Assembly (NCBI RefSeq): GCF_006345805.1
Contig: NC_043020.1
Coordinates: 29,326,001 to 29,390,000 of the forward strand
Length of the DNA stretch: 64,000 nt
Origin: Octopus sinensis
Lineage: Eukaryota
Direction: 5' to 3'
Below are positions 27,290 through 40,522 of this stretch, in pieces. Position 1 is the stretch's first letter. Each line of letters opens with the position of its first letter. A program made the translations under genes and the position numbers. Under the pieces are notes generated by a model. The model worked only from the letters and a program-made list of their open reading frames with translations, searched no databases and was not told the origin of the DNA.

Positions 27290-27459
27290 TGTGAGAGAGA
27301 GAGAAAGAGCTTCTGGAAGATTCTCTGCTCTCGCTATGTTTACAATCATCAGACACAAACTAATGTTTGAAGATCCATTCTCAAATAAAACTTAATGAAT
27401 GCTTCGTCATCTATCATACATCGCAATTAACTCTAAAATGCTGTTGTTGTTGTTGTTGT

Positions 27460-27500
<41 letters not shown>

Positions 27501-27678
27501 TTGATGCTTTTAATGCTCTTTGTTGTTGTTGTTGTTGCTGTTCTTGTTCCTATTATTGCTGTTACTCCTGTCTCTGTTGCTAATGATGTCGTTGATGACC
27601 CCGTTTCACTTTAACCCCCGGTCATCCCCAACCATGCACACGTATAACCAAAAGCGTTCCAAAAATGCACACCTTATA

Positions 27679-27709
<31 letters not shown>

Positions 27710-28324
27710 ATTTCCGGGTCCCAGTTTATAAGAGCCATCATCCAAAACATCCTTCTATATAGAAAGGCGGTAGGATGTAATTGAGATCGATTTAGCTTCT
27801 TGTTCTAGCATAACGACTTACTGCATAAGGGTCAGATGCTCAAACATATATGTATGTATATATATATGCATGTGTGTGTGTGCGTATATATATATATATA
27901 TATTTGTGTGTGTGCGTGAGTGTGTGTGTGTGTGCAGGTATGTATATGCATATATAAAATTGCGTATATTTATTTATACAAATGTCACTATAGATAGCCG
28001 AAAATTCATATATGTATATTGTGTTCAGTTATTTATATATCGAAATACAATGTCGAAATACACACACACACACACACACACACGCGCGCGCACACGCACA
28101 CACACAAACACTTACACAATCATGCCTTCATACACGTTAATATATACACATGCATACATATATTTACATATTCATATATATATACACACACATCTGTATG
28201 TGTCTGTGTGTGTATGTGCATATATACAAATATCAACAAAACACATCAAAACTCATATATATATATGCATATCCATATATATGTATATATATATGTTTGT
28301 ATGTATGTATATACATACACACAC

Positions 28325-28363
<39 letters not shown>

Positions 28364-28499
28364 ACACACACACACATATAGGTTTATGTGTGTGTATGTA
28401 TACTAATACTTGTATGTTCATTCATGTTTGTTTGTGTTGTAGGTTTTGTGTGTGTGTAAGTGTGTGTATGTGTGCATGCGTGTATATGTATGTGTGTGT

Positions 28500-28628
28500 G
28501 TGTCGTGTGTGCATGCAGAGTGTATGTGTGTGTAGTGGTATGTGCGCATGTGTATATATAATATATTGTGTGTATGTGTGTGTCGTTTGTACATGCCAGT
28601 GTGTATGTGTGTGTGTATGTGCGATGTG

Positions 28629-28670
<42 letters not shown>

Positions 28671-28882
28671 CATGCCAGAGTGTATGGGTGTGTGTGTGTA
28701 TGGCGCAGGGTATATAGATATATATATCTATATATATATATATGTGTGTATGTGTGTCGTTTGTACATGCCAGTGTGTATGTGTGTGTGTATGTGCGCAT
28801 GTGTATATATATATAATATATGTGTGTGTGGGTGTCGTGTGTTGCATGCCAGAGTGTATGTGTGTGTGTGTGTGTATGGCGC

Positions 28883-28924
<42 letters not shown>

Positions 28925-29030
28925 ATGTGTGTGTGTGCATGCCAGTGTGTATGTGTGTGTGTGTGATGTGCGCATGTGTATATAATATAAGTGTGTTTGT
29001 CGGTGTGTGCATGCCAGTGTGTGTGTGTGT
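28500..29030. repeat. minisatellite built from TG/TA microsatellites, ~174-bp dimeric period
   Basis: CATGC(C)AG anchors at 28512, 28592, 28671, 28766, 28845, 28938 and 29010. Confidence 0.8.
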
Positions 29031-29283
29031 GTGTTGCAGGGATAATGTATGCAAGAGGCTGAGTAGAAAAAGCAACAAAAAATGCAATGTGCGAATGTAT
29101 ATGAATCGCATTATTCTACACATCTCATATTCGTGTATCTCTGAGCACGAAAGCGTAGGTTGATTAAGCTAATAGTTCTTCATAAAAGGCCCTGCACGTG
29201 TTATTGAAATGCAACGCACGTTTAAATTTCCTGAATGCATTAAAGTTGCTAGCAAGCCCGGGACTCCGTTCAGGAAAGCATTG

Positions 29284-29293
29284 CCATATATGG
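29284..29293. promoter_or_regulatory. CArG box (SRF-type) CCATATATGG
   Basis: Exact palindrome in a unique island; motif only. Confidence 0.4.
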
Positions 29294-30253
29294 TATGTGT
29301 GTATGTCTCTACTCGTCTTGTCAACATTCGATAAGGTTGTAAATTTATCTCCCCTTAGTTCTTACCTCTCCACTTCCTACCGACTCCGTCTTCTCCGCTT
29401 TCTCCTTGCTCTCCACCTCGTTCTAGATTATTCGTCTCTTCTCATGACACCCCGACCCGCCCCCCATTCATGCCACACTCCGCACACCCTCTACCCACCG
29501 TTTACTCCGCCTTTTTATTATTCATCCTCTCCTTCCTCTCCCTTCTACTCTCGCTGCATCTTTTCAATAATATGCATTCAACGACGGAGAACCATTCATC
29601 GGAATGTGTTACGTTCTGAGGTGAAACATGAATGTGCAAACAACTGTATTTCTACATGTGTATGTGTGTGTATGTATCTGCGCGTGTGTACGTGTGTCTC
29701 GTAGGTGTGTATGTGATTATGCGAGCGTATGAGTTTGCGTGTGTGTGTGTGTGTGTATGTGTCAGCGAGTGTACGCTCGTGTTTGTACGTGTATGTGTGT
29801 GCATATGATGCTTGAATCGGCGGTCGTCCGTACACACAGTTGTTGATAAGCAGCGATCGCCAATGACATTTCGACCAGGAGGTGAAAAGAAAGATAGAAC
29901 AGCGGGAAAAAAAACAAAAAAAAACGGGAGAGGAGAGGAGCGGGGAGGAGGAGGAGGTGGAGGGGCGCGAGGGGGGAAGGTGTGAGGAGGGGTGGGTGAC
30001 GAGAGGTGGTGGGAGGCGCGAGGTGACAGGAGAGGAAGACCAAAGATAGAATGGTAGGAAGAAGAAGAAGAAGAATAAGAAGAAAAGGAGGCCGCGAGAA
30101 GGAGGGAGAGGGGGATATCCCTCACCTCGATTACAGAATTTCTCATTGAGACGCTTTTACTTTCCAATAATGGAAAAAGTCCAAACTCAACGCATGCGCA
30201 CAACTAAACCTAGCATTGAGAAATATTTATTTTATAAATTTCATTGAATTGTC

Positions 30254-30307
<54 letters not shown>

Positions 30308-30794
30308 TGGGCTCTTGTTGTTAGCTTAAAATCTCGCATTTATTGCAACACCCCACCCTCACCTTTGCATTATCCTATGGTTTTTTTGTTGTTGTTTTTC
30401 CCCCCCCCCCCCAACCTTCTTTGTTCTGTCGCTATTTACCTTGCTTCTTCGCAGTCTTCTATTTTCTTCTTCTTTTTCTTCCTCAAGACCATCGCGGATT
30501 TCCTTCGCTTTTTTGCTTTGCTTCTTCTGTTTTGGTGTTCCCTCCATTTTTTTTTTATTTTTTACTCTCCATTAAACGCCCCACCCCCACCACCCATTAA
30601 ACGCCACCACTTCCATTCCCTGCATTAATCCGGGTTAGCGGAATCGAGAGAGAAAAATAATGGAACCAGATAACTATTTTACGAATCAACAAGCAAAATA
30701 TTTCATATAATAACCATTTAAAGAGACTGACCATGATTTAATGATAATAATAATAATAATAACAATAATAATAATAATTATTATTATTATTATG

Positions 30795-31010
30795 CTTCTT
30801 TCTACTTTCTGCTATAGGTAAAAGGCCTGAAAATTTGGGGTGGGGGAAGTGGCTAATCGATTGCATTGGTCCCAGTAGTTAGTTGGTACTTATTTTATCG
30901 ATCCCCCGAATAAATGTAACGCACAGTCGACCTCGCCGGAATTTGCACTCAAATTGCATGGACGGATGAAATGCCGCTAAGCATTTTATCCGGCGTTCTA
31001 ACAATTCTGC
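30795..31010 (-). mobile_element. family A SINE flanked by (AAT)n
   Basis: Plus strand TTGGTACTTATTTTATCGA...AGTCGACCTCGCCGGAATTTG...TAAGCATTTTATCCGGCGTTCTAAC is the reverse complement of family A. Confidence 0.85.
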
Positions 31011-31064
<54 letters not shown>

Positions 31065-31339
31065 GAGGAGACTAGAAACGGAAACAACCTCTATAATAAA
31101 AGATGCATTGAAAAATGATTAAAAAGCGATAAAGGCAACTATCCAAAATACAAGGTTATGCCAGCCAGTCGCCATGATTGACCGCTAGCTCCAAAAGTTT
31201 TTTTTTTTTTTCTCTCATTCTGTATATTTTCTCGTGTTCCTTTCTGTTTAGGAGCGTAGGCTCGAAACATAAAATACTTTCTCGCATTTCCGAGCGTTAA
31301 ACTAATACACCTGTATTTTGTTTTTCTGTAAATTTCAAC

Positions 31340-31374
<35 letters not shown>

Positions 31375-32224
31375 TATTAATAAGTAGGAGACAATGAATA
31401 TTGCAAATTTAATTATATATATATGCGTGGATTAGTAGTTGCACTCATGATCGCAAGATTGTGGTTTCGATTCCTGCACCGGGTGATGTGTTGTGCTTTC
31501 GCCAATAGTTGGAACGAACCTCACGATACCTTCTATTCGATGTTCCCCAGATTCTATCAATTCCTCGTTTGGTAAAAAAAAAAAGTTTATATTTATAAAA
31601 GTCAAAATATTACTGAATAATCTTGAAACTTGATAAAGTTTCTCCTAATGATATTTAAAATATATTTCGTTTGCATGGTCGTTCTTTATGGTCACACAGA
31701 TTTCAGCTTTGTGGGGCTTTGCCCTTCATATGATTTTAGACTAACTAAAATTCAAATCGTGTTGATTTTAAAGTTAAAGCAAAAGCAGAATAATTTAGTA
31801 AGAAAGACCAGAACTTAAGTTACAGCCATGTATCTATCTGAATTTACATTAAAGTTTTAATAAAGATGCGTCCATATACAGGAAATAAGGAACTCCAGAG
31901 AAAGCTGAACAACAGAAAATCTTCAGAGAAGGGTCTTCGTGCAAGCGTTTCCCCTCTTGACTCTTTACACACAAAAGTTGTCGAGTCACATCCAGGTCCT
32001 GACTCCTGGATATTCCACTGCTGTCTCATTCTGGGCTACTGTCTGCATTGCAACCCTCCTGGCGGATGAGGGTACCTCAGACTCAAGCTACCCTGGGTGT
32101 TGTAACCAGTTCAGTCTAAGATGCTAGTTGACAATGGGGTAAACTATACACCCTCGATTTTTTTTCCATTATATTTATACGTGCATGTGCGTGCGCGCGC
32201 GCGCGTATGTATGTGTGTGTGTAA

Positions 32225-32440
32225 TCGCAGGTTCTATTTCCGCACCGGGTGGTGTGTTGCTTTCTTGAGCAAGACATTTCATTTCACGCTGCTCCAGTCC
32301 ACTCAGCTGTAAAGGGATCGCCCTGCGACGGATTGGTCTTTCGATCAGAGGGCAACGTTGGCCTACTCGCTAATCATTCGAAAGCTAAAACAATGCGAAG
32401 CGCACTGTTACGAGCGATGTGTAACAACACCCGATAGTCT
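32225..32440 (+). mobile_element. CORE-type SINE variant
   Basis: GGTTCTATTTCC...TTCTTGAGCAAGACATTTCATTTCACGCTGCTCCAGTCCACTCAGCTG. Confidence 0.65.
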
Positions 32441-32629
32441 AGTCAGTAACGTGATATACATGTATGCAAATGTGTGTGTGTGTGTGTGTGTGTGTACTAC
32501 TATATATATATATGAATACATGTACATACATATATACACAAGCATGCACACACACACACATAAATATATATATACATAAAAATCTACATATACGCATAAA
32601 CATATATATATATAATACATATATGTATG

Positions 32630-32660
<31 letters not shown>

Positions 32661-33022
32661 TTACGGTGCATATATAAGTACATACACACTACCGCATACA
32701 CACACACACGCACGCACACGTATATATGTATATACATATATAAATATATACATACTAACATTCGAGTGGTGTATAGTTGTATAGTATAGCCTCTTCATAA
32801 GCTTGTTATTTCTATAGTGTTTATTGTATACGCACGTTCGTTCATGAACGAAAACAGTGACATATACACATGCATATACGTGTGTGCCTGTGTGTTTATA
32901 CGCACGTACGAACGTGCATACATACATACATCGTGTAATTTCTACGCAAGCGCAAATACAATGTCGAGTGTGTAGCATGCATTTCTCGCCATACACTCCA
33001 AATGCACATGTGTTTATTGCCA

Positions 33023-33037
33023 TGACCATATATGGAA
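33023..33037. promoter_or_regulatory. extended CArG box TGACCATATATGGAA
   Basis: Exact CArG at 33026-33035; the same 15-mer occurs inverted at 43762-43776. Confidence 0.45.
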
Positions 33038-33302
33038 GTGCTGTACAACAGCTAAACTAGAAATCTATGCATGCGGTGCACGGCGATATGTATATATATA
33101 TATACAATAATATATATACATATAGCACGAGGAAATGCACGTTTTCCACACCCCTATAGTACACACACACACACACGCACACGCACGCATGCACACGCAC
33201 ACACATGCGCACATACGCATACATATATCAGTGTACGTTTGTTTATTTCTTGTATATACATACAAACATACACACGCACACATATATGTATATATGCATG
33301 CA

Positions 33303-33358
<56 letters not shown>

Positions 33359-33395
33359 CATCTATCTATATAATATCTATCTATCTATCTATCTA

Positions 33396-33468
<73 letters not shown>

Positions 33469-36109
33469 GGATGTGTATATCAGTGTATATATATTTTCTA
33501 CCTCTCTCCCCTTATTCTCTCGCTTATATATGTACGTGTGTGCATTTTCATACACATACACATACACACACATAATTTAATTTAAAAAATTGTAACTTAT
33601 ATGTCTCTAAAGGAATGCAAACTAAAGACATCTTGGGTCACTTCAAGTTTCGTGCTTTGACCTTAAAATATTTTGGCCGAAACCAAGTCAACAAAATCCT
33701 CCATTTCGATCCAGTTTTAAACTGCACTCACTATAAGTTTATGACAAAACTTTATATCGAAAACTCTGAGTATAACCAAAATCACACCTGTAGATGCATC
33801 CTGCAGTTATTGCCCTACGCTTAATTCTTAGAAGTTATAACCAAATTTTGACACCTAATGTCTTATACGTTTGTCTTTTTTAGAATACATAAAATAGGAA
33901 AATTCGAACTTCTCTTGTTCCATGTTTGTTATTATATACCCTGTGCACAGTTTTCACCGGGTATCATATATCTATATATATTTATTTTAATATATTGCAA
34001 ATGAAAGACGGAAGCTACCAGGTGTAAACGATTCGTTTTACTATCCATTGTTTATGTTAACATACATATTTTGAATTATATAGCTGTTGTTTTGTTTCGG
34101 TTTCTCAGCATATTATATTATATCATATGAAAAGCAACACCAAGATATTTGATTGAATGCAGACGACAACTTCAATTTTATTCTAAATCTTTCATTTCCC
34201 TGACAGACCAGTTGAATGAAGGTTTATACATACGCACCAAATGCACAAGATCTGAATGATAATAAATTTTGGGTTTTTATTTACAAATTTCAATGATCTG
34301 TCTTGAGTAAGGGTTGTCCCTGATACAAGCACACGCACACAAACACACACACATAGATATACAGACAGATATATGCATATAGATATATAGATAGATATCA
34401 ATATAATTCAATACAAATATATATAAACAATGCGTGTGTGTGTGTGTGTGTGTGTATACTAGTGTTATATATATTGTGAATGTGTGTGTGTGTCGTTTGC
34501 ATGCCTGCATTCATAAATGTATATATATATATATGGGTGTATGTACATGTACGTATGTATGTGTGTTTGTGTGTATGCATAGCGGTTGTATATGGGCCTC
34601 TCTCTGTGTGTATTCGTATGTTTTCATGAATAGAAAGAACCTACACACACACACAGACACACACCCAAACACCCAAACACACACATACACACACACCATC
34701 CAACCAATTCACCACTATGAGGTGTAACAATTCTTCGTTTCTTCAACGAAATAACCAACCATTCACTGTTTTCATTTCGTCCATATTGACTCTACCTCGC
34801 CACCTCCTCCTTCACCCCCACCACACACACACAAACACACACGTACACGCACACACACACACGTACACACACACCCAGCCAACATCTCCTACTCCTCCTT
34901 CCTCTCCCACCTCGTTCTCCGCCGTCCTCTTCCTTCCACCAATCCGCTGCTACCACCTGTTGCCGTCTTTCCCCGGACCGTCCTCGCTCTCCTTCTCCCC
35001 TTGCTCTCCGTTTCCCATTTAACGCTCGTGTGTGATGCAATGTGCAGAAACTCTGTATCAATCAAGCGGTTGCATCCTCCTACCGCCACTCCATGGCGGC
35101 GCCTCATTGCCTTATATAGTATTAGCGTGTGTTCGAGCTGGCTGGCTTTCATGTCCCAGCTTAGTGGAAGCCATCGAAGAACTTGTCACTTACGGCATTA
35201 TGTTAAATGGTAGTAGACTTACCCATCCATTCATGTAGTAGCCGTAACTAATTTACCCACCCCTCTAACCACCACCACCACCACCACAACCACTACCATT
35301 TCCATCGTCACCACCACCGCCGACAACAACAACTACCACCACCATCACCATCACCACCAATACTAACAGTTCCCCACCATCACCGCTGTCGTTTGATGGC
35401 TTCACTATACCGTATGTATGTGTGTGTGGTTGTGTGTGTGTGCGTGTGTGCAAGAGATAAGTATCTGATTGTGTGTGAGTGTGTGTGTGTATGTGTATGA
35501 GCATATATGTGGATGATTGTGTGTGCGACAGAGACGGTGAGAGAGATTGTGTGTGTGTGTGTGGTGTGTGCATGTGTGTACATTTGTGTGTGTGTGCAAG
35601 GGATAAGTATCTGATTGTGTGTGTGTGTGTATCTTCTTGTGTACAACAGAGAGATAATAAATACGTGTGTGTTTGTGTGTGAGTGTGTGTGTGTGCAACC
35701 GAGAATTTAATGTGTGTCTCTGTGTGTGTGTGTGTCTGTGCATTCATATGTGTGTGACATTTATGTGGATCAGTGTGTGTGTGCGGCAGACACGGTGATA
35801 CAGACTGAGTATATCTATGTGTATATGTATGTACGTCTGTGTGTATGTCTGTGCATGCATGTATGTGCATTAAGTGTGTGTGTATATATTTGTGTGTATG
35901 TATACGTGTGCATATGTGTATGTCTGCTTGTATGTGTTGCTGTCTGCGTGTACGACATTGATTGCGATTGTGTATGTCTGATCGTGTATATAAATATATA
36001 TACATGTCCGTGCAATATATAATATCAGTACTATATATATATATATATTAAGCGTGTGTGTTATGTATGGTGTATATGTGTACATGCATGTGTTTGTGTG
36101 TGTATATAT

Positions 36110-36500
36110 ATATGTATGTATGTATGTATGTCTGTATGTATGTATGTATGTATGTATGTATGTATGTATGCATGTATGTATGTATGTATGTATGCATGTA
36201 TGTATGTATGTATGTAAGTATGTCTGTCTGTATGTATGTATGTATGTATGTATGCATGTATGTATGTATGTATGTATGTATGTATGTATGTATGTATGTA
36301 TGTATGTATTTATGTATGTATGTATGTATGTATGTATGTATGTATTTATGTATGTATGTATGTATGCATGTATGTATGTATGTATGTATGTATGTATGTA
36401 TGTATGTATGTATGTATGTATGTATGTATGTATGTATGTATGTATGTATGCATGTATGTATGTATGTAAGTATGTATGTATGTATGTATGTATTATGTAT
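36110..36500. repeat. (TATG)n microsatellite
   Basis: Direct reading. Confidence 0.97.
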
Positions 36501-36859
36501 GTACACTCGTGAATGCATAACAGATAATGTGTTTTTGTACAGACTACTTACGAAATATATGCATGTGTACTTGCATATATACGTGAAAGTATGGATGTAT
36601 GTGCAGTTATACATATACGTATGTGTGTGCGCGTATGCTTATGTATATGTGTAAACAGGCCTGTATGTGAGTATGTATGTAGTACTTAACAGGCTCTTTC
36701 ACTTTTTAGTAACTTTTAATTTTACCGCAAGTATTGCTTCATTTTCATCTTGTGTTTCATATTGACTTCTTTCAGATATTCTTATTCTTTTTCTATATTG
36801 TGCCTTACTTCAGTTTATTGTTGCTGAGATATAATACCAACAAAGGTGATAATTTGTGG

Positions 36860-38045
36860 CCAAAACCCTGCTGGATTATGACTTTAACATTTTGGCCAAT
36901 GCGTTAGCAAACAGGTTGATTCTTGTCGCAAGGAGTTTGATGGGAGATCAGTGGAAAGCCTTCAATAAGGTCGACGATCACTACTGGGTAGCAGTCTTAA
37001 AAGCAACAAGTTTCAGTCATGTTTTCAAAGGCTGGATCGCAGCAATGCACAATATTGCTTGCTAAAAGTAAAGGGCCACCTCTAATAACCATTTCATATC
37101 GCACGCTTGGTCAGTCAGGGGTGGCCTTCCTCATCTCTTCTATATATACTGGCTCTCGAGCCATTGCTGCGGAAGCTAGGGCACTTGAGGGGTATCGCTT
37201 TCGAACTGGGCTGCGGGAAAGCTTGTGGATGACATCACTGTGATTGTGTCAGACATCGCAAAAGTGCAAGTAAGCGATTCCATTCTAAAGGAATACGAGA
37301 CGGCGACAGGGGCAAGGATACATCCAGACAAGTCGCGTGTGACTCAGTACCTGGAGCGGCAAGGTTATGCCACTGGACAGCATAAGAGGTCGCTGAGTAG
37401 ACCAACCAGGTAAGATGCTTGATGTATGATTTGGATCAGACCTCCAGGCGGAGAAGTTCTGGGTTCGGTTACGAACAGGAAAGGCAGCCTCACCTAGACA
37501 TGGATTGAGAGGAAACTTTCTCTAAATGGTTGAGCAGAGGGAGAAGGTGAATGCCTTCATCGCATCTGTAATAGCTTAACTTTCAGAAATCCGTGTCTTG
37601 GTAGTGCTAGCGAGGGGCACTGCCGGTTCAAGATAAACTCTACAGGCAGACAAGTGCCGCCAGGCAGGACTGCCAAAGATGCGCGCAGAGCGACGAAACC
37701 GTACTGTACGCATTTGCAATGTCCGAACATTGCTAACCTGTGGAGTTATGTCAAACAGTTGTTATTGTGTGCATATCGGCCGAGTACATCGTAAGAATCG
37801 CCCCTACGACCCACAATTAGCAAGGCAGAGCAGGTTTTGTTCTTCTAATTAGTGGTTGTGGCGAAAGAATATATGTGGAGCACGAGGGCGAAAAGATTGC
37901 GGAAAGACAACTTCGTCTTCGGTCAAGATCACATCAACATTTTTAAGCTCCACACAGAAAAAAAAAAGTGAAGTTGGAGAGGAAAATAAATTTGTCAAAA
38001 AGTGAATGACTGTTGCAGAAATGGCTAACGTGAATGAAAATACTC
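36860..38045 (+). mobile_element. decayed Tx1/L1-clade LINE, ORF2 RT to C-terminal cysteine-rich region
   Basis: ILANALANRL, DQWKAFNKVDDHY, FKGWIAAMH, DDITVIVSD (YADD), LKEYETATGARIHPDKS, FGSDLQAEKFW and AQSDETVL (zinc-knuckle-like). Frameshifts and deletions. Confidence 0.9.
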
Positions 38046-38349
38046 TAAGCTTGCTGTAGATTTGAGAGCAACAATCGGACGAGGGCTTGTGCGTTTGGTG
38101 GTTGAAGTGATCCTCGATCTGGGGAGCTCCTTGAGTGGCCCTAACTGGACAGTTGTCCTGCATTAGCAAGACTGTATCATAGATGCGTTCACCTATTTTG
38201 CAGACCCTGAATACTTTGATCTCATTTCCCCTTCTTCTTTTGTTCCCCTCGTCTTTTATGGAAGTCCCCTCACAAATTGTAAACTGTTCTTGTAGTGTCT
38301 TCCCCATTGGATGCACCATTGACAAACAAAGGAAATCATTATCAACATC

Positions 38350-38401
<52 letters not shown>

Positions 38402-38786
38402 GGGATACTCTCTCGTCCATCGTTAAGAAGGTCAGACGAGTGGTGACGGTAGTTAACACCCAAAATATGCAACATAAGAGGTACAAGTTTGTATGGAAGG
38501 CCAACAGCACAGGTGTTCCCCGTGTTTGTTTACAATGAACCTCCACACACACACACACACACACACATGCACACACACGCGCACACACACACACACACAC
38601 ACACACATATTTATATATATCATACATACATACATACATACATACATACATACATGCATACATACATATATACATACATATCTCTCTGTCCATCCTATTT
38701 ATTTACACATCTGTCTGTTTGTTACTCATATTAAGGTATGTAGATTCGTGTGTATACATGCACATATATAAACATGCACGGATGCA

Positions 38787-38836
<50 letters not shown>

Positions 38837-39134
38837 AATATATAGATATATATATATATATATATATATATGCGGATGCATGTAAGAAAGTACGTATACA
38901 TAACTATATATGCGGATATATTCATGCATACATGAGCTAATGTATGTATGTATATACACACATCTGCTTGTATGTATGTGTACAGAATGTTGTTTGTGTG
39001 TGTGTGATTACACACATACAGACATACGGGCGCATGCACGCACGTATCTTCTTGCATAAAAGAGAAAATATGCATGCACACACACACATCGCACACACAG
39101 AAGCAGACAGGCCGAAATACAGCCAGACAGACAC

Positions 39135-39218
<84 letters not shown>

Positions 39219-39451
39219 GAGTGTTTGCGTGCGTGTGATTATGTGTATACTCATATATTTGATTAAGAATTCGAGGGAAGGGAAGGTTGGAGGACTGGAG
39301 GGGTGAGGAGGGTGGAGGAAATGATCGATATGGCAATGCGCTTGTGTTGGTAGTGGTGGTCGTGGAGGTTGTCTCAATGTTGCTAGAGGAATATGATGGG
39401 ATAGGTAACTTTGTGAATCGAACCATAAATGAATGTACGATTGAAGGAAGA

Positions 39452-39517
39452 GAAGAAGAAGAAGAAGAAGAAGAAGAAGAAGAAGAAGAAGAAGAAGAAG
39501 AAGAAGAAGAAGAAGAA

Positions 39518-39549
<32 letters not shown>

Positions 39550-39570
39550 AGGAGAAGAAGAAGAAGAGAG
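39452..39570. repeat. (GAA)n tract, ~30 uninterrupted units plus degenerate tail
   Basis: Direct reading. Confidence 0.95.
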
Positions 39571-39871
39571 ATCATTCAAAGAAACGACTAGAAGTGAGGA
39601 ACAGGCAGAGAAGGAAAGAATTACGGAGTAGCAGAAAACAAGAGGGATAGTGAGAGGTGTAGCGATCGAGAACGAGAACGAGAACGAGAAAGGAAGAAGG
39701 TAGTGGAAGCCAGGGCTGCATAAAGCAGACGAGAAAGAGGCAAATACTAGTAGTAGTACGATGGAGATTAGGAGGGAAAGTAGGTGAGGAGCGAGGGGAG
39801 TAGATGCAGCGCAGAACGATGGGCGGAGGAAGTAGATGAGGAGGAGGAGACGCAGCAGTTCCGATTAAAAG

Positions 39872-39886
39872 AGATGGCGGCCATCT
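39872..39886. promoter_or_regulatory. overlapping inverted YY1-type sites AGATGGCGGCCATCT
   Basis: Near-palindrome carrying AGATGGCGGC on one strand and AGATGGC on the other; motif only. Confidence 0.4.
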
Positions 39887-40342
39887 TAAGTGAAAATATC
39901 TGGTTTAGGTGTATTTTCGAATCGATATGACCATATATAGGTCAGTATAGATTAAGGAGGATATCCCTAGTTGCGGGAAGTGGTTTATTGATCGGATTGG
40001 TGATATTCAAATTATCTATCAGCACCTACAACTGGTAAACTTCCACCGACACCGCCGCCGATACCCACCGCCACACTTCGCCAAGAAGCTCAATCAGTAT
40101 GCAAACCGCAACATACAAACACACAATGACACACACACACACACACACACATACACATATATATATACATATATGTATGCATATGCACAGACACAATGAT
40201 GCATACACGGTAACACACACACACATTCACACATATGCGCATGCACGCATGCACGTACGCGTGTATATGCATGTGTGAGTGTGTGTGCATGCGTATATGT
40301 ATGCATATACGAATACAGATTATACATACATACATATATATA

Positions 40343-40395
<53 letters not shown>

Positions 40396-40487
40396 CGTGT
40401 CTGTATGTTTATATATGTATGTGTGTGTGTGCATGTACGTATTTGTTATTGTGTGTATATGTATACGTATATATATGCATACATTTA

Positions 40488-40522
<35 letters not shown>

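Noticed and set aside
31866-32069. 67-aa ORF in unique sequence
   Set aside because: Short, no motif, no good splice signals; within chance expectation.
39665-39692. (GAGAAC)n as a heat-shock element
   Set aside because: Direct 6-bp repeats, not alternating inverted nGAAn units.
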